From Balamuthia mandrillaris (Eukaryota): a stretch of 64,000 nt of DNA. The notes beneath the pieces were generated by a model that did not search any database, had not been told where the DNA came from, and saw nothing but the letters and a program-made list of their open reading frames with translations. The position numbers and the translations under genes were made by a program. Where the stretch lies: the NCBI GenBank assembly GCA_031835245.2, contig JAVKOQ020000027.1:186001-250000 (forward strand), read 5' to 3'. Below, piece after piece: positions 36,912 to 47,632 of the stretch (positions are counted from its first letter, which is position 1; every line of letters begins with the position of its first letter).

Positions 36912-38439
36912 ATTCTCATTCGCGGCAACAACAGCTCTCTCAGGAAAAACATGAAAAACAACATTCCAACGCAACCTCGTCCTTACTTTCGACTTCTTTT
37001 TCATCTTCCTCTTCCTCATCTTCTTCACATAAAAGTACAAACAACTCAAAGAAAAACAGCAACCTATCCTCAGATGACACAGAGTGGGTTCTGGTAGAAA
37101 GTGGTGAAGAAGAGTATCAATATCCAACCTTCCAGCATTATACCAACCCATCAGCTGCATCTGTTGTCGACATGCTTAACACAACGATGAGCCAAGTGGT
37201 AGTTCCATGGGTACAGGCTGCCACAGAGGCTGTGGCAGAGTGGGCCTCTATGCCTGCCACTCCAGTATGTGTATTTTGTAGGTAAGTTCTATTTTCTTTC
37301 TCAAACAAAGTAAGAAGATGAGCATATAAAGTACTGTATTTCACTTATTGTGTGACACAAGCTAGATATCAGTTTCAGTCAGTCATGGAAGCCAAGTACC
37401 AATGTAAACTTTGTCGGCGAGTGGGGTGCTGCAATTGTTGTAGATTTGCTGTCACGCTTGCTCGTTGCGCCATCAATCCAAAGGCACCTGGTTTGTCTTT
37501 ACTCAATTTTCCCTTCTATTTCTCGTTGCGTTGACTTCGTTTGCTTCTCAAAGCATCCGTCGACGGCAGTGTCATTACTTGTATAGAATGTTCTCAACTG
37601 ATAAAGAACAGAGAGGCATCGCTAGCTTTCCATACCAAGAAGAAAGCAGCTCCACAACACCCATTCAAGTTGCTTTATGACTCGGTGTTCTCTATCAAAG
37701 CAGAGATAGACTACCAGCTGCGGCTCTATTTTGGGGTGAGGACCTCTATGGACGTTCTGGAAGGTTTTGAGGTGTTGGAGGAAGAGAGCGGACGGAAAAA
37801 AAGTACAGGACGACATCGACAGAAGACGAGAGATGCATTGGAACATCAAAGTAACTCCAAAGCAATAGACCCAGTCGATGATGTCGTTGTGGAATGGTGG
37901 GACGAAGAAGAAAATGAAGCAGAAGTACACCGAAGTGGATCAGACAGGCCAGATGAAGGAGAAATTGGTGATGATGACGAAGAGGAAGAAGATGTGGCCA
38001 ATGACCTTTCTGAATCGTATGATGAGCTTAAGAAGGTATGCATTCATAGTCCTTTTATTTATTTTTTACTTGGTCTTCTAACCGCAAAACTTTCTTCTAA
38101 AAACATACAACAACAAAATAGCAATACCACACATTGCAAAAGAAAATAGTGGGCATGCTAGTAAGCTATCACAAAGCTGTGAACGAGATTATGACGTATG
38201 AGAAACGCTTTCCGAACTTGTCCTCACGTGAGCGGCTGCTCATATACCATGTCAAAACTGCGCTGTGGGAGTACAAAAACGACAGCTTCCTGCCATTTTC
38301 CAAGGTTTGCTTATGTTCCTCTTTCATTTGCCTGCTTGGCTTTGTTGCTTTCCTTTGCTGAACGAAACCTGTTTATTGTTTGTGCACACAGACATTGCCC
38401 AAACCCCAAAGTACCAAAAGTGAGAGAACATCATCCTAA
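36098..38439 (+). CDS. Double FYVE-type zinc finger protein, rabenosyn-5/Vac1(Pep7)-like, multi-exon
   Basis: Two Cys clusters (CFEPGC...CGRCQRHFCEKHC...CARC and CVFC...CKLCRRVGCCNCC...CIEC), with the intervening RDHTTEFLARR...ILRRLAK and VVPWV typical of the Vac1/rabenosyn layout. Confidence 0.65.
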
Positions 38440-38590
38440 GCATCAATAACAAGAACATGATCGTACAAAAACTGCGTCCCTTTTCCTCGCTCACGTTGTG
38501 GGGAAAACCCACTTGGAAGAAAAAGCGAGACACTCAGGGCCGAGGAATCTCGGTGTGGCAAGGTGAAGCGGAAAATGGGCAAGACAAGTC

Positions 38591-38672
38591 GTGCGGATGG
38601 CCGAGCGGTCTAAGGCGCTGGTTTAAGGCACCAGTATCTTCGGATGCGTGGGTTCAAATCCCACTTCGCACA
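38591..38672 (+). tRNA. tRNA-Leu(AAG)
   Basis: Identical to 35910-35991 in opposite orientation. Confidence 0.95.
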
Positions 38673-38765
38673 ACATTTTTTGCTTTCTATTTTATTTATT
38701 TTTGATTATTTTGAGTTTATTTATATTGATCATTATACATCAAAAACTTGCCTAATTCAACGAAA

Positions 38766-38837
38766 TCCGCTGTGGTGTAGTTGGCAACATTGGTGGCTCT
38801 CACCCACCCGCCCCGGGTTCGATTCCCGGCAGCGGAA
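38766..38837 (+). tRNA. tRNA-Glu(CTC)
   Basis: Identical to 16000-16071; oligo-T terminator follows. Confidence 0.95.
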
Positions 38838-39272
38838 TTCTTTTTTGTTTACAGGTGGTGAAGTGTTTTGGTTGAGTACGCAAAACGGCATTGCCTTTTT
38901 TTTTCGTTTGTGAATGAATGAATAACTTTTCCATTTCTCCTTTTCTTTGCGTTTGCTTAGCGTTTATCATCTTGATTGTGTCAAAAGGACTGCTCTACTA
39001 CCCAGAATAAAAAAGCTATTGTTAACAAAAACAAAAAACGAAAGTTTTTATTTATTTAGGCCACTCTTCTACACTCTTCCCGTCTTTATCTTCTTCGATG
39101 TTTTTGTCTTTTGTCCTATCAACAAAACCCTCAATGCGCCTTCTCACTATTTCTCTTTTTTCCTTCAACAAAACAAGAAAAAAAAAATGACAGTGGTGAT
39201 TCTCGGACGTTCGTTTTTTTTGACGAACGTTCCACGCAGGCAATCATGAAAAAATAAATAGCAAAAAGAGAA

Positions 39273-39344
39273 TTCCGCTGCCGGGAATTGAACCCGGGGC
39301 GGGTGGGTGAGAGCCACCAATGTTGCCAACTACACCACAGCGGA
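39273..39344 (-). tRNA. tRNA-Glu(CTC), single T-loop variant
   Basis: Same sequence as the other Glu copies except T-loop TTCAATT instead of TTCGATT. Confidence 0.92.
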
Positions 39345-39369
39345 TTTCGTTGATTTCAATCTCTTTTCA

Positions 39370-39887
39370 TTAAAAGTTGGCTAGAAAAAGTGCTTTCCCG
39401 TCGCGGAAAACGAGATTTTTTTCTTTCAAAAAATGTTGTTGCCTCTCCAGTGTCTTCCACTCCGCGCTAAATTCCTCAAATTCCTCTTTTTTAGATTTTT
39501 CATTTTGTCGACTTTTCCTTTTTTTGTCCTTGTCAGAAAGAAAAAAAAAAGAAGGGAAAAGAAGAAGAGAAAGAGAAAGAGAAAGAGAGGTTGAGGGGAA
39601 AGAAAGAATTAAGAGAGAGAGAGAGAGCAAGCATGAGAAAGAATGCAAGTATGAAAGCCATTTACTAACATTTGTGACGACAAGGAAAAGGCAGAACTCG
39701 AACCTTTCCTGTTCATGTCTTTTGCTCTCTCTAGCTCACGGCAGCAACCACAATTTGCAACAGTGCATGGATGAAGACCAAGACCACGCTCATGTTGGGT
39801 TTTGTTGGAACGTGAGGAAAAACGTGGTTTCTGCTCTCCCTTCTGGTTGTGACAAAAATGGTGCTCACACACAAACACCTCCGCCAT
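39370..39887 (-). CDS. Small Cys/His-rich (zinc-finger-like) protein inside the element; second exon tentative
   Basis: MAEVFVCEHHFCHNQKGEQKPRFSSRSNKTQHERGLGLHPCTVANCGCC from ATG 39887, followed by a (CT)-rich intron-like tract. Confidence 0.4.
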
Positions 39888-41582
39888 CGAATCTTTTTTG
39901 ATTGTTTTTATTGGCTTCATTCCAAAAAAAAAAAAAAACAACAAAAAAACGGTAACAGAAAGAGTCGACAATTAAAAAACTAACACACGTCACCGGACGG
40001 GTGAAGCAACCGTCCGGTGACGTCACGTTAACCATTTAAAGGTCTAATGACATCAGCGATGACGTGTGTTAGAAAGTTCAGTACTCAGAGTGCCCTAAAG
40101 CGAAGCAGTCGACAGAAATTGCTACCAGCTAAAATAGCAGAGAAGGCAAAGTGTTGTCCTTTTTTTTCCCCACCAAATTTTGCTGCGTGGCGCCGCTTTA
40201 GTGTCTTCCCCACCATCCTTCCCCACCGATTTCCCAATCAAAATAATAAATTTCCCCCCTTAATTTTGCAGACAAATTTTTTCGATTATTTTCTTACCTT
40301 GTAACACGATGCCAATGAAGAAGACACAAAAGAAGCGCCGACGTGGAGACAACATGCTCACCTTGGCCGAGATAGAAGCTATGGAGGAAAAGAGGCAGTG
40401 CGAAAAAGAGAAACGACGAAAGAAACGAGCAGAAGCAGGTTGGGAAGATATAGACCCAAACACAGAATGATGGATTGCCAAGAAGCCTGGGACAAAACAC
40501 AACGTCATTAATGCTGTGTTTCCTCACTTGTCTTCAAAGTTTGAAGGGTGTTTGGGTCTTCACAAATGGACTTGGATTCGAAATAACTTCTTCATCACCA
40601 CTGAAGTGGCAAGAACCAAGTTGTCAAAGAACCTACGCAAGCATATTGGCTTTGGTGAATTTGTTACAATGGATGAGAAGCAAAGAAAGTGGCGTGGTGC
40701 TTCAAAGTGCATCAAAAAGGTCCCTGCTAAGAAAAATGATCCTATTGGTCATTGGATAACACAAGCATGTGTTAGTTTACAGGAAAGTAGCAGGTCTTTT
40801 ATTTTTGGACTTTATCCTTTCATGGGCACCAGTTCTGAAGGCAAGTCAGTAGAAACAAAGGAAAAGGTGTGGACATGGCTCATTGACTTGATGCAATCAA
40901 CAACTAGATACCTAATTGTTTGCTGTGATTGCTTCTACTTGGATAATTCAGCTCAAGCTTTACTAAATGAACAAGGAGTCCCATTTCACTGTAGTGTAAA
41001 AGCTGCTTGGTACAAGTTTGCATCTGCTCACTTGGGTGCTAAGTTAGACCAAATGGACACCTGGGCAGGAATGGCCAACAAGAACACAGGAGAGGTAGCA
41101 GTGATGACTTGGAGTTCAGAGAAAAATGTTGGAAAAAAGCTTTTACTTTCAACTTCTCTGAAAAAAGTGCCTGGCAAACAAAGAACAACAAACCCTCCAG
41201 GTTGGATCCTCTACAAGACTATGTTCAATGCCTGTGACCTTTACAACAAAGACATTGGGAAGTTTATGTGGCCATACAGATTGATGTGGTGGGAATTGCA
41301 CTTTGATGATTTATTTCATGTTCATGTGTTGCTAAACACAATAGCAGTGTGGATAGAACTTCACAAGGGACAGAAAACTTGTACCAAAAAAGAGTTATTG
41401 ATTCAACTCAGTGAAGAACTCTTTGAGAGAGCATACAATGATGACCTTCCTGCCTCTCGCTGGTTATAAAATAATCGAAAAAATTTGTCTGCAAAATTAA
41501 GGGGGGAAATTTATTATTTTGATTGGGAAATCGGTGGGGAAGGACGGTGGGGAAGACACTGGAGAGGCAACAACATTTTTTG
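39427..41582 (+). mobile_element. DNA transposon-like element with piggyBac-type transposase and split long inverted repeats
   Basis: 32-bp perfect inverted repeat 39427-39458 / 41551-41582, plus a 93-bp inverted repeat 40200-40292 / 41468-41560 (one mismatch) bracketing a transposase-like frame. Confidence 0.75.
40309..41469 (+). pseudogene. piggyBac-like (DDE_Tnp_1_7-type) transposase with in-frame TGA at 40468
   Basis: VTMDEK, IVCCDCFYLD...LLNEQGVPFHCSVK and LYKTMFNACDLYN...WW...LLNTIAVW align by eye to piggyBac DE, DNxF/Y and YNxxMGGVDxxD...NAxIL motifs. ATG 40309 is in frame with the 317-aa ORF. Confidence 0.72.
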
Positions 41583-41595
41583 TTACAATTAGTTA

Positions 41596-44500
41596 CTAAA
41601 TCTTTACTGGGCGATAGTTCCGCTCGGCTTGTCTGGATAACGTGTTTACGCTGTCCCATGCCCACATTGACGTCACTATGTACGCCTTGCCTTGTGTTTC
41701 TTCCCGCAGTTGAGTCAATTGTTTCTGCAAACATAACCAGTAAGAGGAAAGAAGATAGCACAGAACAAAGAGAAGAAGAGGAGGAAGGGAGCAAACCTTC
41801 ATGGAGGGATTCGGTTGGGATGCCACAAGGATATGCGTTACATCATCACCTAAATGCGAAATGACAGTTCCACCATACGCAATGATGTTCCTCTTCAGCT
41901 GTTTCATGTTGTTGGGTCCTTCAGGTTCATCGTGAATGTAGGCCACAACAGAGTCAAAAATTTCGGGAAGTTCGCCTGGCTGAAATGCTGAAGAAGAAGA
42001 AGAAGAAGAAGAAGAAGAAGAAGAAGAAGAAGAAGAAGAAGAGTGAGAGGAGGTGGAAGAAGATCCTCCTTTGCTTCCTATCACGTCATCTATGACGCAG
42101 AAAGTGACCTCGTCATCTAGTTTCTTTGTGAACGAGTCAGGACGACGAGATGAAAGAGGTCGTGACTGTACTTTCTTCGGTTTTGGTGGTGTAGCTGCGA
42201 TGAACTCCTCCTTGGTCAGTTTGAACAGATACAGTGTTTCATCTAACCTTCGTTTTTCTTGCCAACAATCCTTCAACCAATCCTGAATATCCAATTTAAA
42301 AACGGTTAATAGAGCCAAAGGAAGAGAAGGAGCAAAACCACTAACCTCATGTACTATACAGCCACCAAGTTGGTCCACATGCACAACCAAGCGGTCAGTC
42401 GGAGAGGTATTTGAAGAGACTACAAAATGGGTTGTTTGGTTGCTTCCATGAGTTCCCCATTTGCTACATACTCTGCAAAAGGGGGAAAAAAAAGGATAAA
42501 GTATGATGAACATTAGATAGACGAGTGAGGAGGAAGAGAGTCAAGGAAGAAGAAAGGTACTCTCCCCCAAGCTGTTGAACGATGTCAGAAAGTTTGTCGT
42601 GATCCGTGCCATGCCCCAAAACTATTTTCGTCCCTTTGAGAATATGTCGAGCATTTTCACTATCGCCGTTGTTCAACGATAACAAGTCATCCATGCCTTC
42701 AGTATCAGATCCATCCATTTCTTCTGTAGCATCATCGTCATCATCATTTATCGCCTTTGCAATCTCTTTGCCTTTTGTTTCTTTCTTCTGCTCCTTTCGT
42801 TTGCAATCCCATTCATCCTCATCTCCTTCGCTGCCCATAATGATGGTGTCATCATTGTCTTGTTCTTGTTTTGGAGGTGACGCATGCTTTTTTCCACCGG
42901 GAGAGTATGTATATCTGTAAAATTGTGATTAGAAAAAAAAAAAGGGAAAAAAAAAGGAAAAATAGAAACAAACATGAATACAGGGATGGCAAAGGGGGTT
43001 GCCGCGTCAACAAGGATAGCTTCAACTTCTTTCCAGGAAAGGCTTGCTAGCGTTGAGCTAAAACGTGGGGCATGAATGGAAGCGTTCTAAGCAATAATTG
43101 AAGAAAACGACAAAATAAATCGTTACACCAGCAAAAGAAGCTAAACAATAGCGAATGACTAACCTTCCAATTGGCAATACCAACCAACGTTTGAATGGCT
43201 TTAGTAAAGGCTTCTTTGTGGAATCGGAGAGATCCGTTGCTTGATTGTACACATATCACAGAAGCGGCCCATATTTTCTTGCCGTCTGGTTGTTATATTT
43301 CTCGTCTCGTAAGCAATAATGATAGAAACTAAAAATAATAGAGAAAGGAACAAGAACAAAGAAGAGAAACAAGAATAAAGAAGACTACGTTACCAGATTC
43401 AGAACCAAGCTTAGTTAGGGACACGCTGCCCATAGGAAGTTCATTGTTCACGCTAGCCGCCAGCTTAACCTGTTGAGAAGGCCAACGGTTGGTAATGGCC
43501 TTCCATACGGCATCTTGTTTATACCATTGCTTGCCATTGTCCACAATATGTAAGATGATCTGATGAATGTGGTAAACAATCAGAATAGATGCCGTCAAAG
43601 AGGTTTCATGAACAAAAAGGAAACAAACCTTGTTTCTCTGGTCATCTATTGGAACGGTGACATCTCCTTTCACATGATTAAGCACGCCATCACTTCCAGA
43701 TGTTGAAGATTGTTCTTTCTCCTCTGTATCAATGCGCCTCTTCTTTTGACCAGCAGATGTAGATTGCGAAGGTGAAGCAGAAGAAGAAGATGACGAAGGA
43801 GAAGTAGCAGTCGGCGCATTTGTTGGCGTTCCTTTCTTCAACCAGGCATGTAAAGAAGGTTGCTGGGGTGATGTTGCTGGCGAGGAAGGTTTTTTCCTCT
43901 TTGGAGGCCAACTCTTGTTTTTCTGTCCTTCTTCTGCTTCCTCCTTTTCTTCCGTCCCTCCTTTCTTGTTCTTCGCTTTCGAGAGAGATAGACCCCCTTC
44001 TTTGGAAGCATTGGCCAATGCCTTGAGTTCCTCCAAATTGGTGTGAGTGGAGGCATCCTTGTCAGGGCGTTCTCGGGTGATCCTTGGAAAACGGATAGAT
44101 AGGGCTGTATGGACGGTGGACGAGGTAAACTCGGCTCCAGTGAGCTCCCACACGGGAGCTGACTCTGGGTCTTTGACCACGTAGTCGGGTACGTGAGTGC
44201 GGCTTACATCCAACCAGTCAGGCACTTTGTTGAAGTCCTTTGAGATCTTATCCTGCAATACAAACACTTAGAGTAAGTTGAAGAAGAAGAAGAAGAAGAA
44301 GAAGAAGAAGAAGAAAAAGAACAACAGCAACAGCAACAACAACAACAACAACAAAGAAGACGAAGTAGCAAGAAAAACAAGAACAATAATGAGAAGATAA
44401 AGAAGAAGGGAACGAGAAAGAAACAACAACAAAATAATAACCATTTGTGGCAAAAGTTCTCCTTGTAACCGCAGAATAGTGGCATCATCGAAACCGTTGC

Positions 44501-44892
44501 CCACTTTACAAACGGTTTTCCACGCTTTGGCTCCGTTGATCTTGGGATCTTTGCAGCCCATAAGGAAAACGGACAAAAGGCCACCTTTGTTTCCTGTTCC
44601 CCAGAATGCCCCTAAAACCACTAGGTCTGCAGAATCCGCCAGACCAACCATATAATCCTTTTGGTTCATGTTGAAGTTACAACGAGAGGAGAGCGAGAGG
44701 AGAGCGAGAGGAGAGCGAGAGGAGAGGAGAGCGAGAGGAGAGCGAGAGGAGAGCGAGAGAGACCTTTTTAAGCTTAATCCAATGTCGTTTGTCGGGAGCA
44801 TACACTGAACCTTTGTCCTTTATAACTAAGCCCTCAAGGTTCTCTTTCAAAACCCGGTCTTAAAGGGATAGATGATGAAGTTAGAGCGAGCG

Positions 44893-44933
<41 letters not shown>

Positions 44934-45809
44934 TGTTTCATCGCGTACCCATTAAAGCAGTAAGAGTTTGCTCCTCTTCAGCAACGGACATGTCTGACAA
45001 CTCTACATGATCTGGGATTACTGTAACCGCTTCCTCAAGAATTCTTTTGTATTTAGTATGGTCGATTGGTGTTAAAATAGGCATGCCTAACAATTGAGAA
45101 AGGGGAACAAAGAGCGAAAAAAAAAAAGAAGATAGAAAAAGAGCGTACTTGCGCCTCTCTTTAATCGGTTTGTTCATTAGCACTTCTCCGTTTAAGAAGA
45201 GAATGTCAAAAAGAACAACGCAGAGAGTGGCGTTGGTATAATTGTTCTTCTTGTGAATGCCCAATGAGCCAAATGGAAGAGGTTTATGTTCCTTCGTGTC
45301 CATCAGCAATATTTCTCCTATTACATCCAACATACAGCCAAAATAAAAATAAGTTTAAAAACCTAAACAAAGCAACAGCAAAAAGTATAGAATTGATACC
45401 ATCCAAGATAACAGAGTCAGCCTCTTTGGCAGCAATCGGAAGATAGTTCTTTACTGGCTCTAACTTGTAGTCCATGACGGGCTTTAGATTCCTAGAGTAA
45501 CACTTGATCTCATCGCCTTGCTTATGGATTTGAATACGCTCTCCGTCATACTTTATCTCTGCGAATGCGCCGTTGGGACATTTGGCAAGACAGGCGTCCA
45601 CCGACTTGAGTGGGCTGAGAAATAAGGAAGGAAAGAGATAAAAATGAAAATGAAGAAACAGAGAAAGAACGAAAGAGAAAGATAAAAATGAAGAATCAAC
45701 AGAAAGATAGTTCCACGGAAATATGAGACAGTAAGAACAAGCCCCAGAAGGATAGGAGCCTTTAGAGAAAAGGAGAGAGCGAGAGACCGCGAGCGAGCGA
45801 GAGACCGCG

Positions 45810-45853
<44 letters not shown>

Positions 45854-46473
45854 AGAAAATTTACCGAGCGAGCATAGGTTTCACGGGGTGCATCAATGAG
45901 ATTGAAGTCTCAAAAACTCGTTTCTTTCCTTTCTTTTGCGAAGTAGAAGAGGAGGAGGATGACGATGAGGAGGATGACGACGATGAAGAGGCGCTAGTTG
46001 CCGCTGCTGATGTATCTTCCATTTGCTGACTACTTTGAGAATCTGTAACACCTAAATCTTGGTGTTTTTGTATCCTGTCTACAATCAACCTCAAGTCATG
46101 CGTGTTCAAGAAAGCTTTTGTTTGAATATTTTAAAATCAAGCAAATAAGTTTCAACTTTGAGCAAGGAAGACATAGAGAAGAAGAATGACGAAAAAAAAA
46201 ATGTACCTTGATAGGCATCAGGATGGAGAGCACCCATTACATATTTCGGCCCTTCATATAGAACAACATGTTCAACGTGAGTGGAAGTGAAAAGATTTTA
46301 AGCACGAAAGGAAAAAAGAAACGTGTGAGGCTACGGACCTATTTTGATGTTTAAATCCTTGTCGATGAGCCTGCATATTGTTTTTAAGTCATCTGAATGA
46401 GAAAGCAAATGAGCACCAGAATTTCGTTTTTAAAAAAAGACGTATAAAGACATATAAACAAGAAAACATGAAC

Positions 46474-46520
<47 letters not shown>

Positions 46521-47470
46521 CGGCAGTGCACTTTGGAAGGATGGCGCTAAACGCAGCCAGCTTCTCATCTTCCTTGGAAACGGTTGTCAGTTTGTTCAGA
46601 AAGTCATCCACTTCCTTTAAGGTCAAAGTGCTTCTCGTTCTTGGTTCTCCGCATTCAACAAAGAACTGCAAAAGGAAGAAGAAGAAGAACAACAAGAAGA
46701 AGAAGAAGAAGAAGAAGAAGAAGAAGAAGAAGAAGAAGAACAAGAAGAAGAACAAGAAGAAGAACAAGAAGAAGAACAAGAACAACAAGAACAACAAGAA
46801 CAAGAAGCAAAAAAATAACTTTTGAGACTCAAAAACATATGACCAACAAACCAAAAGTCGAAAAATAAAAACCTTTCTAGCTGTCTCGCTAAAGTCTCCT
46901 TTATCAAGGTCGGCTATCATTTTTTGCAGCGAACAAGACCAGTAGCGAGAGAGCAGCTTGATGATTTGTTTGTCTCGCAGATTGTCTGTTTGATAAAAAA
47001 CAAATAGCAAAATAGCAACAACAAGAAAGAAAGGAGAGAGAGAGAAGAGAGAAGAGAAGAGAGAGACCAGAAAGACACAGCGATAGGGACAGAGAAAGAA
47101 ACGACGAAAGAGAAAAATAGAAAGACAAAGAAATGGGGCAAGGGGCGAACGAGAGAGAGAGAGAGAGAAAAAGTGGTAAGAAAAAAGTGCAATGGAAGCA
47201 AAGCAACTTGAGGGAACATACATATGCGGCTATCGCTCCGACATAACAACAACTTACAGAATAAATAAACATCTCCTCTGTTGCGGATTAAAAGTTACCA
47301 ACGCGCGCAATTTATTTGTTTTTGGGTTCAAGATCAACGCAAACGTACGAGAACGTTTGAAAGTAGTGAGCGACAAGTTCCGTCTTGTCGTTGTAGCCTG
47401 GCGTATCTCCTATCTGCTTGCAAAGCTGTTGAAACTCGTAAAACGAGCCCGACTTGTCGTTCTTTTGCAT
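41596..47470 (-). CDS. LIG3: DNA ligase III-type ATP-dependent ligase with C-terminal macrodomain-like and BRCT-like domains, multi-exon
   Basis: VKPMLA, EIKYDGERIQIHK, EGLVIKD, RHWIKLKKDY, ADSADLVVLGAFWGTG, VWELTGAEF and SIRFPR. Starts MQKNDKSGSFYEFQQLC at 47470. Terminal BRCT LKRNIIAYGG...VTHIL...IVTSMWAWDS. Confidence 0.9.
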
Positions 47471-47632
47471 CTTTTTCTTCTTGTTCCTTTTTTTTTTACT
47501 TCAGTTTCCTCTAATTTTTTCTTGGAAATTTTTAAACTTAAAACTTCAAATTTCTTGGAATTATTCTTCTAAGAAAAAATATGCCGCATATGGGTGTGTG
47601 TTGTTGCTTTATTCTTGTGTACACATATGTTA

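Noticed and set aside
40028..40045. Canonical piggyBac left end TTAA-CCATTTAAAGG
   Set aside because: I found no matching inverted partner with TTAA downstream in the window.
40468..40470. Selenocysteine or programmed readthrough at the in-frame TGA
   Set aside because: No SECIS is evident. CGA-to-TGA decay in a CpG-eroded transposon is more parsimonious.
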